64,000 bases of DNA from Pseudomonadota bacterium (GTDB lineage: Bacteria; Pseudomonadota; Gammaproteobacteria; Xanthomonadales; Xanthomonadaceae), in contig JAYTOP010000039.1 in the NCBI GenBank assembly GCA_043747745.1, positions 4,353-68,352 on the forward strand, read 5' to 3'. Each line of letters begins with the position of its first letter. The stretch's first letter is position 1. This document shows, piece by piece, positions 49,508 through 60,565 of the stretch. Made by a program: the position numbers and the translations under genes. The notes beneath the pieces were generated by a model. It was not told where the DNA came from. It ran no database searches and saw nothing but the letters and a program-made list of their open reading frames with translations.

Positions 49508-49762
49508 ATGATCGTTCTCTACACCATCATGATCGGGTTCGTCATCGGCCTGATCGCGCGAGCGCTCAAGCCAGGCGACGACCGCATGGGACTATTGGCG
49601 ACGACACTATTCGGCGTCGGCGGCGCGCTGATCGCGAAATACGTCGGGCTCGCGATGGGCTGGTATCGCGAAGACCAGCCGCTCGGCTTTGTTGCATCGC
49701 TGGTCGGCGCGATCGTGCTGCTGACGGTCTATTCGCTGGTGCGGCCGAAGAAGAAAGTCTGA
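49508..49762 (+). CDS. GlsB/YeaQ/YmgE (transglycosylase-associated) family small membrane protein
   Basis: Track ORF, 84 aa. Motif GFVIGLIARALKPGDD...G. Confidence 0.85.
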   Translation: MIVLYTIMIGFVIGLIARALKPGDDRMGLLATTLFGVGGALIAKYVGLAMGWYREDQPLGFVASLVGAIVLLTVYSLVRPKKKV

Positions 49763-49768
49763 TCAAGG

Positions 49769-50121
49769 AAGATCAACAGCTTTCGTGCGCTGCGCGCGCG
49801 AGTCACTTCTGTTTCGGCAGAAGTAACCACTGCGCCGCAGGAGCGGCGCGAACAGCGAAGCTGGCCCGAAGGGCGCAGGGCAGGATGCCCGGAGTCAAAC
49901 CATTTGCGCCGGACACTCGCCGGAATGATGAAACTATTCCGGTACCCTGCGCTCCTCAGCGAACAGGGGCCGGCCCGAACTCGCACATCCATGTGCTCAA
50001 ACATACGGGCCTTGCTCCCCCGTTCGCTTCCGGTGCTCGGCTCGCTTTACGGCGCAAAGAACAAGAGCACAGCGACAAAGCAGAAGGCGGATTACGCTTC
50101 GCTAATCCGCCCTACTTGCTT
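49769..50121 (+). repeat. Structured intergenic repeat, copy A (candidate 3'UTR/ncRNA element)
   Basis: Aligns block-wise with the reverse complement of 51441..51712. Hairpins at 49802..49827, 49920..49942, 49983..49996 and 50086..50111. Starts 7 nt after the upstream stop codon. Confidence 0.7.
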
Positions 50122-50147
50122 GAGCTAAGAGCTAGCTAGATTGTCGG

Positions 50148-50615
50148 CTAGTTCTGCTGTGAGAACTGAAGACGGTACTTGACGCCCTTGTTGTCCAAGC
50201 CCTCACCTTCACCAGTACCAGAAAGCGATACGCGGTACAGGATGTCGATTACGGTGCCCTGAGTTCCAATAAGTATCGCGCTGCCATTTTGGTAACCTGG
50301 CGTGGAAGTGGAATAGGAGGACGTGCTGATGTAGCTATCCGTGAGAATGCCCGGGTTGGAAACGCGTCCACCACCATGGCTAGACGACTGAATACGATTG
50401 TCAATCGACGTGGCCTCTCCGTTGAAGGTCTCGCCGGACTTTGTCGGACCGGCGGTGATCACGCTATGCCCAGATCGGTCGGTATGCGTCAAGCCGGTGA
50501 TTAATTCGCCGGTTGACAGGTTGTACACGCGGGCATTGAAGATGCGATCGGCTGGAACGGAGACACATCCAGACAAGCTCGCTGCGATAGCCAAAGAAAA
50601 AAGAAAAGCACGCAT
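50148..50615 (-). CDS. Hypothetical lipoprotein (low-GC islet)
   Basis: Track ORF, 155 aa. Lipobox MRAFLFSLAIAASLSGC. Gly/Ser/Thr-rich. ~52% GC. Confidence 0.65.
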   Translation of the reverse strand: MRAFLFSLAIAASLSGCVSVPADRIFNARVYNLSTGELITGLTHTDRSGHSVITAGPTKSGETFNGEATSIDNRIQSSSHGGGRVSNPGILTDSYISTSSYSTSTPGYQNGSAILIGTQGTVIDILYRVSLSGTGEGEGLDNKGVKYRLQFSQQN

Positions 50616-50642
50616 AACTCACCCTTTGATTAGTTGGACTGA

Positions 50643-51125
50643 CTAGCTTTCGTCATACAGAATCCGATAGGCATATGCGTGAGGATAAAGTGGTAAACCC
50701 CGCTTAGAACGCCACCAAAAATATTCGTGCGCTGTCTTGGCATGTTTCTCAGTGTTGCATTGAAAGCACGCTAGCACCAAATTGTCACGCGCGTTGCTTC
50801 CTCCTTGCGCAAGCGGCGTCATGTGATCGACGTGTCCGCAACCATTGAGTTCGACATCACAGTAAGCGCACCTATCTTTCTGCGCCTCCCTCAAGAACGC
50901 AATGTCTCCGTCAGAATAACCTGGGCCCGCCGCGCCTTCACGCACTCGACGGAGCTGCGCGCGTGCGCGCTTCATCTCTGGATTGCCACTTGAATGCGCA
51001 CGAGTGTGCTCAGCCATGCATGTTCTGCACTTGCGCCGAAATCCGCCACTAGGCGTGCTCCCAAAGAACTCTCGCGTAATCGGAAAACTTTCTCCACAGC
51101 TCGTACATGTTTGGGTGGTTGTCAT
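50643..51125 (-). CDS. HNH endonuclease with N-terminal zinc-ribbon (low-GC islet)
   Basis: Track ORF, 160 aa. CTSCGESF...RKCRTC, then CAYCDVEL..GHVDHMTPLAQGGSNARDNLVLACFQCNTEKH. Confidence 0.85.
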   Translation of the reverse strand: MTTTQTCTSCGESFPITREFFGSTPSGGFRRKCRTCMAEHTRAHSSGNPEMKRARAQLRRVREGAAGPGYSDGDIAFLREAQKDRCAYCDVELNGCGHVDHMTPLAQGGSNARDNLVLACFQCNTEKHAKTAHEYFWWRSKRGLPLYPHAYAYRILYDES

Positions 51126-51243
51126 GTCTTTCGAACGGCCACGGGTAGGCGCGGTGCATCGGTGCAGGCCGTTGGCCGATTGACACCGCCAAAAATTAAT
51201 GATACTACTATCCTAACTTTACGATTAAATAGGAGAAACACAA
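51126..51243. promoter_or_regulatory. AT-rich divergent promoter region of the islet
   Basis: ~32% GC over 51181..51240. TTGACA at 51180..51185 with TACTAC/TACTAT 17-20 nt downstream. AGGAGA lies 7 nt before ATG 51244. Confidence 0.3.
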
Positions 51244-51363
51244 ATGGCACGACCGTCAGGGGCAAAGAACAAGACACCGCGCGAGTTGGAGGCAGAGGCT
51301 GCGCGCTTGAAAGAAAAAGCGAAGCTGATGAAGAAAATTGAAAAGTTGAAGAAGAAATCCTAG
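51244..51363 (+). CDS. 39-aa basic, Lys/Glu-rich helical ORF (not in ORF track)
   Basis: My translation: MARPSGAKNKTPRELEAEAARLKEKAKLMKKIEKLKKKS. Strong SD AGGAGA. Divergent from the HNH gene. Confidence 0.45.
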   Translation: MARPSGAKNKTPRELEAEAARLKEKAKLMKKIEKLKKKS

Positions 51364-51378
51364 GAAATCTTTGCCGAT

Positions 51379-51406
51379 AGGCACGGACTTTTAGGCACGG
51401 ACTTTG
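51379..51406 (+). repeat. 14-nt tandem direct repeat
   Basis: AGGCACGGACTTTT (51379..51392) and AGGCACGGACTTTG (51393..51406), 15 nt after the small-ORF stop. Confidence 0.85.
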
Positions 51407-51440
51407 GTTTCCCCATCACCTAACTACAAGTAGGCCCCGG

Positions 51441-51712
51441 AAGCAAGTGGTGCGGACTAGCGAAGCATAGTCCGCCTTTACTTCTTTGCTCTTGCTCTTT
51501 GCGCCATAAAGCTCGCCGAGCATCGCAGCATGCGGCGGGAGCAAGGCCCGCATGTCCGAGGCCATGGATGGCCGAGTTCGGGCCGGCCCGCCGAATGTGA
51601 GAAGCGCAGGGAACCGCCGAAGGCGGCGAGTGTCCGGCGCCATGGTCTTTGGTTACTTTCTCCCGAAAGAGAAAGTGACCAGCGCGCGCAGCGCGTTGCC
51701 GCTCTTGATCTT
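51441..51712 (-). repeat. Structured intergenic repeat, copy B
   Basis: Reverse complement aligns with copy A. 5' hairpin at 51662..51689 and 3' hairpin at 51452..51475. Lies ~100 nt downstream of the cysNC stop and is co-oriented with it. Confidence 0.7.
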
Positions 51713-51815
51713 GCTTTGCCGATTCGCAAAAAGCAGATCCCTCGCTACGCTGGGGTGACAACACTGGAGTCGCGCCGCCTGTGGTTTCACAAGCAGCGCG
51801 TATCGCAATCAACCG

Positions 51816-53729
51816 TCAGCGCTTGACGATCCGATCCACCAGCTGCTGCGCCAGCACGTCCGCAGCCAAGTCCACTGTGTGCAGCGTGAAGTCCGCGTTC
51901 TCCGGCAACTCGTACGGCGAATCGATGCCGGTGAAATTGCGAATCTCGCCCGCGCGCGCTTTCGCGTACAGGCCCTTGGCGTCGCGTTGCTCGCAGACTT
52001 CGATCGGCGTGTCCACGAACACCTCGGCGAACTCGCCCGGTGCGAACAACTCGCGCGCCATCCGCCGCTCGGCACGGAACGGCGAGATGAACGACACCAG
52101 CACGATCAGGCCTGCATCGGTCATCAGCTTCGCAACCTCGCCGACACGTCGGATGTTCTCGACGCGATCCTCGTCGGTGAAACCCAGATCCTTGTTGAGG
52201 CCATGGCGCACGTTGTCGCCATCGAGGATGTAGCTGTGATAGCCGAGCGCATGCAGGCGGCGGTCGACAAGGTTCGCGATGGTCGATTTTCCAGAGCCCG
52301 ACAGGCCGGTGAACCACAGGCACAGCGGATGCTGGCCCTTGGTCGCAGCGCGCACGTGGCGGTCGATCTCCAGGCTGTGCCAATGGATGTTCGACGCACG
52401 TCGCAGCGCGAAATCGATGGTCCCGCAGGCGACTGTCGCATTGCTCTGTCGGTCGATCAGGATGAAGCCGCCAAGCACGCGATTGCGCGCGTACGGCTCG
52501 AACGCGATCGGCTGGTCGAGGTTGAGATTGCAATATCCGACTTCGTTGAGTTCGAGCCGTTTTGCAGCCAGGTGGTCCTGGGTGTTGATATCGACCTTGT
52601 GCTTGATTTCGGTGATCGTCACCGCAACCGTGCGGGCAGCGGTCTTGAGCCAGTAGCCACGGCCCGGCAACAGCGCTGCGTCGCTCATCCACAGCAGGTG
52701 TGCGGCGAACTGATCGGCGACCTCTGGCGGCTGGCGCGCGGCCGAGATCACGTCGCCACGACTGATGTCCACTTCATCGCGCAAGGTCAGCGTGATCGCC
52801 TGTCCATCGACGGCGCGATCGAGATCGCCATCGGCCGTGACGATGCGTGCGACCTGCGAACGCTTGCCGGATGGATGCACGACGATCTCGTCGCCGACCG
52901 CGATTGCGCCCGCAGCGATACTGCCTGCGAAGCCGCGAAATTCCTGGTTCGGACGATTGACCCACTGCACCGGCAAGCGGAAACCGACATCGGCTTCGAC
53001 GCGATCCAGCGACACCGATTCGAGATGTTCAAGCAATGATGGACCCGCATACCACGGCATCGCAGCCGAATGCTGCATCACGTTTTCGCCGCGCAATGCC
53101 GACAACGGAATGCAGACCACCTCGGCGATACCGAGTTGATCGGCGAGCGCACGGTAGTCGGCGACGATCGCATCGAACACCGACTGCTCGTAACCCATCA
53201 GGTCCATCTTGTTGACCGCGAGCAGCACGCGGCGGATGCCGAGCAACGACACGATGTAGCTGTGCCGACGGGTCTGCGTCAGCAAACCCTTGCGCGCGTC
53301 CACGAGCACGACAGCGAGGTCGGCCGTGGATGCGCCGGTCGCCATGTTGCGTGTGTACTGCTCATGCCCCGGGCAATCGGCAACGATGAACTTGCGCTTC
53401 TCGGTGCTGAAGAACCGGTAGGCGACGTCGATCGTGATGCCCTGCTCGCGCTCGGCGGCGAGCCCGTCGACGAGCAATGCGAAATCGATCTCGCCATTCT
53501 GGGTGCCGTGGCGAAGGCTGTCGGATTCGAGCGTCGCGAGCTGGTCGTCGAACAGCAGCTTGCTGTCGTGCAGCAGTCGGCCGATGAGTGTACTTTTGCC
53601 GTCATCGACGCTGCCGCAGGTGATGAAGCGCAGCAGATCCTTGGTCTCGTGCCGATGCAGGTAAGCCTGCAGGTCGACCGCTTCGTCCGGTGCACTGGAT
53701 TGATTCATGTCCGTCAAGTTCGGGTCCAT
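51816..53729 (-). CDS. cysN: Bifunctional sulfate adenylyltransferase subunit 1 / adenylylsulfate (APS) kinase (CysN-CysC fusion, NodQ/RaxQ type)
   Basis: Track ORF, 637 aa. GTPase [18 protein letters not shown]-terminal APS kinase GLSGSGKST. Confidence 0.92.
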   Translation of the reverse strand: MDPNLTDMNQSSAPDEAVDLQAYLHRHETKDLLRFITCGSVDDGKSTLIGRLLHDSKLLFDDQLATLESDSLRHGTQNGEIDFALLVDGLAAEREQGITIDVAYRFFSTEKRKFIVADCPGHEQYTRNMATGASTADLAVVLVDARKGLLTQTRRHSYIVSLLGIRRVLLAVNKMDLMGYEQSVFDAIVADYRALADQLGIAEVVCIPLSALRGENVMQHSAAMPWYAGPSLLEHLESVSLDRVEADVGFRLPVQWVNRPNQEFRGFAGSIAAGAIAVGDEIVVHPSGKRSQVARIVTADGDLDRAVDGQAITLTLRDEVDISRGDVISAARQPPEVADQFAAHLLWMSDAALLPGRGYWLKTAARTVAVTITEIKHKVDINTQDHLAAKRLELNEVGYCNLNLDQPIAFEPYARNRVLGGFILIDRQSNATVACGTIDFALRRASNIHWHSLEIDRHVRAATKGQHPLCLWFTGLSGSGKSTIANLVDRRLHALGYHSYILDGDNVRHGLNKDLGFTDEDRVENIRRVGEVAKLMTDAGLIVLVSFISPFRAERRMARELFAPGEFAEVFVDTPIEVCEQRDAKGLYAKARAGEIRNFTGIDSPYELPENADFTLHTVDLAADVLAQQLVDRIVKR

Positions 53730-54631
53730 CAGAAATAACCCTCGCGCTTCTTGGCTTCCATCGATGCCGATGGATCGTGGTCGATCACGCGCCCCTGCCG
53801 CTCGGATGTGCGCGCGACGAGCATTTCGGAAATCACCTGCTCCAGCGTGTCGGCATCGGATTCGACCGCACCGGTCAGCGGATAGCAGCCCAGCGTGCGG
53901 AAGCGCACGCGCTTTTGCATCGGCACTTCGCCCTCGCGCAGCGGCATGCGGTCGTCATCGACCATGATCAGCGCTCCGTCGCGCATCACGACCGGCCGCT
54001 CCTGCGCCAGGTACAGCGATGGCACCGGGATCTTCTCGCGGAAGATGTACAGCCACACGTCCAACTCGGTCCAGTTCGAGATCGGGAACACGCGCACGCT
54101 TTCGCCCTTGTGGATGCGCGCGTTGAAAAGGTTCCAGAGCTCCGGGCGCTGGTTCTTCGGGTCCCACCGGTGCTGCGCCGAACGGAACGAGAACACACGC
54201 TCCTTCGCGCGCGACTTCTCCTCGTCGCGGCGCGCGCCGCCGATCGCGGCATCGAAACCATAATGTTCCAGCGCCTGCTTGAGCGCCTGGGTCTTCATCA
54301 CGTCGGTGTGCACTGTCGCTCCATGCGTGAACGGGCCGATGCCGTCGCGCACGCCGTCGGGATTCTTGTGCACATGCAGCGTCACCCCGGTCTCGGCGGC
54401 GCGCTGGTCGCGGAACGCGATCATCTCGCGGAACTTCCAGCCGGTATCCACGTGCAGCAGCGGAATGGGTGGTTTTGCGGGATAGAACGCCTTCAGCAAC
54501 AGGTGCAACATCACCGACGAGTCCTTGCCGACCGAATACATCATCACCGGATTGCGGAACTCGGCTGCGACTTCGCGCAGGATGTGGATGCTCTCCGCTT
54601 CGAGGCGGTCGAGGTGTGAAAGGTTGGCCAT
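53729..54631 (-). CDS. cysD: Sulfate adenylyltransferase subunit 2
   Basis: In track ORF 53729..54676. ATG 54631 ([20 protein letters not shown]). PP-loop region YSVGKDSSV. 1-nt overlap with the cysN start. Confidence 0.92.
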   Translation of the reverse strand: MANLSHLDRLEAESIHILREVAAEFRNPVMMYSVGKDSSVMLHLLLKAFYPAKPPIPLLHVDTGWKFREMIAFRDQRAAETGVTLHVHKNPDGVRDGIGPFTHGATVHTDVMKTQALKQALEHYGFDAAIGGARRDEEKSRAKERVFSFRSAQHRWDPKNQRPELWNLFNARIHKGESVRVFPISNWTELDVWLYIFREKIPVPSLYLAQERPVVMRDGALIMVDDDRMPLREGEVPMQKRVRFRTLGCYPLTGAVESDADTLEQVISEMLVARTSERQGRVIDHDPSASMEAKKREGYF

Positions 54632-54632
54632 G

Positions 54633-56102
54633 TCAGGATTCTTTCTCGCGCCCATATTTGTCTTCGAATCGCACAATGTCGTCTTCGCCCAGATAGTCGC
54701 CGGACTGCACTTCGATCAGTTCCAATGGATCGGTGCCGATGTTTTCCAGCCGGTGCTTCGAGCCGAGCGGAATGAACGTGCTCTGGTTCGCGCCGAGATC
54801 GAACACGCGCTCGTCGCAGGTCACCCGCGCATTGCCGCTGACCACGATCCAGTGCTCGGCGCGATGGTAGTGCATCTGCAGCGACAGACTCGCACCTGGC
54901 TTCACGCTGATACGCTTGACCTGGAAACCGGGCCCGGCCTCGATGCCATCATAGCTGCCCCACGGCCGATAGACCTTGCGATGCACCCGCGCGTGCGGAC
55001 GTGCATCGTCCTTGATCTGCGCGACGATCCGCTTGACGTCCTGCACGCGGTCGCGGTGCGCGACCAGCAAGGCGTCGTCGGTATCCACGACCACCATGTC
55101 GTCGAGTCCGATCAATGCGATCAGCCGGCTCTGCGACCATGCGAGTGTGTTGCGCGTATCGATCGCGAGCACGTCGCCGCGATGCGCGTTGCCGTCGGCG
55201 TCCTGCTCGGCGATTTGCCACAGCGCGGACCATGTACCGACATCGTTCCAGCCCACGTCGATCGGCAGCACGAACGCGTGCGCGGTTTGTTCCATCACCG
55301 CGTAGTCGATCGAGTCGGACGGGCACGCCTCGAAAGCCGCACGATCCAGGCGCAGGAAATCGTTGTCGACCGTGGCGCCAGCGATCGCCGCACGGCATTG
55401 CGCCAGCATCTGCGGCGCGAATGTTTCGAGTTCTTCCAGGTAGCGCGATGCGCGGAACAGGAACATCCCGCTGTTCCAGAAATAATCGCCGGATGCGAGA
55501 TACGCGGTCGCAGTGGCGAGATCGGGCTTCTCGACGAAGCGCTCGATCGGTCGCGCAGCATCGCCGCCTGCGGCCTTGCTGCCCTTGGCGAGAATGTATC
55601 CGTAACCGGTTTCCGGCGCGTTCGGGACGATGCCGAACGTGACGAGTGCGCCGCGCCCGTCTTCGCCACCGCGCTCCGCGACCGGCAATGCCGAACGTAC
55701 CGCCGCACGGAAACCTGCCTCGTCGCCGATCACATGATCCGATGGCAGCACCAGGAGCACGGGGTCTTCCCCCTCGGCCATTGCCCGGAGTGCGGCCACG
55801 GCGATCGCCGGTGCCGTATTGCGACCGACCGGTTCGAGGATCAGTGCGTCGGCCCGCGCACCCAGTTCGCGCAGCTGCTCGGCGACCATGAAGCGATGTT
55901 CCTCGTTCGCGACCACGACGAGGTTGTCGACGACATTCGGCGCGCCGACGCCCGGCAGATCACGCACGCGCAGCCACGTCGCCTGCAGCAGCGAGTGCTC
56001 GCCGAGCAACGGCAGGAACTGCTTCGGATAGGCTTCGCGCGACAGTGGCCACAGCCGCGTGCCGGAACCGCCGGACAGCAGCACGATTTTCAGTGGGGAC
56101 AT
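54633..56102 (-). CDS. xanB: Mannose-1-phosphate guanylyltransferase / mannose-6-phosphate isomerase (type II PMI-GMP)
   Basis: Track ORF, 489 aa. [15 protein letters not shown]-terminal cupin with HRLEN. Its stop is 1 nt from the cysD ATG. Confidence 0.9.
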   Translation of the reverse strand: MSPLKIVLLSGGSGTRLWPLSREAYPKQFLPLLGEHSLLQATWLRVRDLPGVGAPNVVDNLVVVANEEHRFMVAEQLRELGARADALILEPVGRNTAPAIAVAALRAMAEGEDPVLLVLPSDHVIGDEAGFRAAVRSALPVAERGGEDGRGALVTFGIVPNAPETGYGYILAKGSKAAGGDAARPIERFVEKPDLATATAYLASGDYFWNSGMFLFRASRYLEELETFAPQMLAQCRAAIAGATVDNDFLRLDRAAFEACPSDSIDYAVMEQTAHAFVLPIDVGWNDVGTWSALWQIAEQDADGNAHRGDVLAIDTRNTLAWSQSRLIALIGLDDMVVVDTDDALLVAHRDRVQDVKRIVAQIKDDARPHARVHRKVYRPWGSYDGIEAGPGFQVKRISVKPGASLSLQMHYHRAEHWIVVSGNARVTCDERVFDLGANQSTFIPLGSKHRLENIGTDPLELIEVQSGDYLGEDDIVRFEDKYGREKES

Positions 56103-56219
56103 GGATTACACGGGTCACAAACAGGCACATATGATGCCACAGAGCCCCCGACAGGCAGTCCGGGCTGTCCGTGGGGCGATGCCGATGGCATGCTGCGCGC
56201 GGCTCAACAGGATTCTCCA

Positions 56220-57919
<1,700 letters not shown>

Positions 57920-57922
<3 letters not shown>

Positions 57923-58249
57923 AGATCGCTAGTACCGTTGCTCTTTCAATACTGGCAATTGCAATTGTTGCAGTGGCGTCGTGCGTGCTTCAGACACGAA
58001 AGTACACACTCGCAATGAGCCATTGCCATTGGTGACACCGAAGCCCAGATTATTAGCCGCTTCGGATCGCCAAGTTATCGTGAGCCTGCCGATTCCCCCT
58101 ACATGCGCTATACCGCGGCGCCATGCGCAGCACAGTGCCAAACCCGACTATGGTGGGAGTCGCCGCTACTGCCAGGCATCGAGGCTTGGTCCGTGAAATT
58201 GGATGCAAAACGAACGGTCGTGAAAACTTCTCACTGGGTGTCACCATAG
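57920..58249 (+). pseudogene. Candidate frameshifted small membrane-anchored/lipoprotein gene
   Basis: ATG 57920 overlaps the murU stop. The frame reads [32 protein letters not shown] and then stops after 38 codons. The +1 frame continues AIAIGDTEAQIISRFGSPSYREPADSPYMRYTAAPCAAQCQTRLWWESPLLPGIEAWSVKLDAKRTVVKTSHWVSP to TAG 58247..58249. Confidence 0.35.
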
Positions 58250-58254
58250 CAGCG

Positions 58255-58530
58255 TGCGTTGTGCACAGAAGCAGGAAAGTACGTTGCACTTGATCTGCTT
58301 TGGACTTTGGGTCCCATGAGTCGCGGCGATTGCCTGCGGACAAGACCTGAAGGCGGCGCATATGAAGTGCGCCGTTCGCCGTCGGCACAAGGACGTGGCG
58401 TCGGCGAATCCCGCAGGCGATCGCGTACCTGGAGCGCGCAGCGCGAAGGGCGCGATCTCCGGGGTGTCCTTCTTTCTGGTTCCGTCTTTCTTGGACAAAC
58501 AAGAAAGATGAACTCGCCCGCGCAGCGGGT
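58255..58530 (-). repeat. Diverged third member of the structured repeat family
   Basis: Shares the 5' module (rc CGCTGCGCGGGCGAGTTCAT + hairpin CTTTCTTG-tttgtc-CAAGAAAG at 58486..58507). Lies ~80 nt downstream of, and co-oriented with, hda. The 3' extent is uncertain. Confidence 0.35.
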
Positions 58531-58607
58531 GAAATGCTCTGGCTCCAGCGCCCGTCATCCGCCTGCGGCAACTACTTCCGGAGGGAGAAGGAAACAACTA
58601 AAGCACG

Positions 58608-59315
58608 CTATAGATCAAGCGCCTGCCGCAAAAACGGAACCGTGATCCTCCGCTGCGCTGCCAGCGATGCGAGATCGAGCCGATCCAGCAATCCAGTCAA
58701 GGTCCCGAGATCGCGGCCGACGCGACGGAACAGGTAATCCATCACCGCATCGTCGATCTCCAGCCCACGCGTCGCGGCTCGTTCGCGCAGGATCACGCGC
58801 CGCGCAGCTTCATCCGGAACCGCCAGTGCGAACTGCGTGCATTGCGCGAGCCGCGAACGCAGGTCGGGCAGCGCGAGCGCGAGTTGCAGCGGCGTCGCAT
58901 CGGCCGCGTACAGCAGCGCACCGCCGCCATCGCGCACGCGGTTGTGCAGGTCGAACAGGGCGACCTCGGCTGCGTGGTCGTCGGCAATCGCCTGCACGTC
59001 GTCGACGCATGCGAGTTGCACCGCGCCCTGGTGCGCAAGCGCATCGGCCGCGCGCGCGCCGAACACCTGTAGCGGCAGGTATGCGACCGCGCGATCCGCC
59101 ACGCTCGCTTCGGCGCAGGCCGCGAGCAGCAAGTGGCTCTTGCCCGATCCCGGTGCGCCAGACACGAAAATGCTCGAGTGGAGCCGACTATCCACGCCTT
59201 CGCCTGTTGCCAGCACCGCCAGCAGCGCAAGCAATCCCGCCGGCGCATCGCGATAACTGTGCAGGCGTTGATCCAGCGGGAATCGCAGACTGAGCGGCAA
59301 TTGCGGCGTGCTCAT
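58608..59315 (-). CDS. hda: DnaA regulatory inactivator Hda
   Basis: In track ORF 58608..59351. ATG 59315 (MSTPQLPLSL). Walker A GAPGSGKSHLL. DnaA-like AAA+ remainder. Confidence 0.85.
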   Translation of the reverse strand: MSTPQLPLSLRFPLDQRLHSYRDAPAGLLALLAVLATGEGVDSRLHSSIFVSGAPGSGKSHLLLAACAEASVADRAVAYLPLQVFGARAADALAHQGAVQLACVDDVQAIADDHAAEVALFDLHNRVRDGGGALLYAADATPLQLALALPDLRSRLAQCTQFALAVPDEAARRVILRERAATRGLEIDDAVMDYLFRRVGRDLGTLTGLLDRLDLASLAAQRRITVPFLRQALDL

Positions 59316-59340
59316 GAAGCCCGGCCCGCGAAACCGGCGA

Positions 59341-60537
59341 TCACGGAGCACTCGGCGGCGGTTCGTCGCGCACGTCGTCGTGGTGCATGCGCTCGCCGAC
59401 CACGATCAACGCGACGGTTTCCTCGACGACCGGCGCAGGTCCCGCATACAACTTGCTCGTTGTGTAGCGCTCATGCCCGTAGCGCAACAGCACCATCGCG
59501 ATCGCCGAGACCGGCAGCGCGAGCAGCACGCCGAGGAACCCGAACAATTGCCCACCAGCCATGAGCGCGAAGATCACGCCGACCGGATGCATGCCGATCT
59601 TGTTGCCGACCAGCCGCGGCACCAGCACATACGATTCCATCGTCTGCCCGAATGCGAACACGCCAAGCACCATCAGCACATGCGCGCTGTCGCCGAATTG
59701 CACCAGCGCGGCGATCAGGCTGAGCGACACGCCGATGATCGCGCCGAGGTACGGCACGAAACTCACCAGGCCCGCAATAGAGCCGACCAGCAGCGCAAGG
59801 TCGAGGCCGACCATCCACAAACCGGCTGCATAAATGACCGCGAGCGACACCATCACCGTCAACTGCCCGCGCAGGAAACCGCCGAGGGTCTCGTCGGATT
59901 CGCCCGCGAGCCGCGTGATGATGGGTTGCAGCTTGCGCGGCAACAGTGCGTCCACACGCGCCACCAGCACGTCCCAGTCGCGCAGGAAATAGAACGCCAA
60001 CACCGGTATCAGGCAGACGTTCGTGAGGATCTGGAACAGCTTCAGACCCGAGCGCGACAACCCGCCGATCACGCTCTCGGCTACGCCGCCCGCCTGCTGC
60101 CAGTGCTCGCGCACCATCACGATCAACTGCTGCGGATCGATGTAGGGCGCGAGGTCGACGCGGGCGTGCAGCTTGATCCACGGCAAAGCGGTGCCGCGCA
60201 GCCAGGTGTCGTAGGCCGGCATCTGGTCGATGAAATGGCCGATCTGGCCGCTCAGCAGCGGCACCAACAACAGTAGCGCCAGCAACAGCAGCGAAAACAT
60301 CGCGAAGAAGACCAAGCAAACGGCGAAGGTACGGCTCATGCGCGCGCGCTCGAGCCGATCGACCAGCGGGTCGCCGACATAGCCGAAGAACAGCGAGATC
60401 ACGAACGGCGTCAGCACCGGCGCGAGCAGCCAGACCAGCACGCCGATCGCGACCGTGAAAGCCAGCCATTGCCAGCGGCGCGAGTCCTCGCGGACTTCTT
60501 CGGCTGGTTCGGCGGACGTCGTGTCGTTCAAGTTCAT
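59341..60537 (-). CDS. AI-2E family transporter (PerM/UPF0118)
   Basis: In track ORF 59341..60648. ATG 60537. Multiple TM helices and typical family length and organisation. Confidence 0.8.
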   Translation of the reverse strand: MNLNDTTSAEPAEEVREDSRRWQWLAFTVAIGVLVWLLAPVLTPFVISLFFGYVGDPLVDRLERARMSRTFAVCLVFFAMFSLLLLALLLLVPLLSGQIGHFIDQMPAYDTWLRGTALPWIKLHARVDLAPYIDPQQLIVMVREHWQQAGGVAESVIGGLSRSGLKLFQILTNVCLIPVLAFYFLRDWDVLVARVDALLPRKLQPIITRLAGESDETLGGFLRGQLTVMVSLAVIYAAGLWMVGLDLALLVGSIAGLVSFVPYLGAIIGVSLSLIAALVQFGDSAHVLMVLGVFAFGQTMESYVLVPRLVGNKIGMHPVGVIFALMAGGQLFGFLGVLLALPVSAIAMVLLRYGHERYTTSKLYAGPAPVVEETVALIVVGERMHHDDVRDEPPPSAP

Positions 60538-60565
60538 CGCATCGCTCCATGGCGCAATGTCATCG

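Noticed and set aside
49769-51712. Islet as a composite transposon or MITE-flanked cassette, because it is bracketed by inverted ~300-nt repeats
   Set aside because: There is no transposase. Individual copies have no terminal inverted repeats. Each copy is simply co-oriented with, and directly downstream of, its neighbouring core gene, and a third copy does the same after hda. The inverted geometry therefore follows from two convergent genes each carrying a 3' element. Mobilisation is not excluded but is not supported.
54525-56219. N-terminal 565 aa of the 898-aa ORF 54525..57221
   Set aside because: This part is the antisense shadow of xanB and cysD. Only the last 333 aa (from ATG 56220) look like a kinase (amgK).
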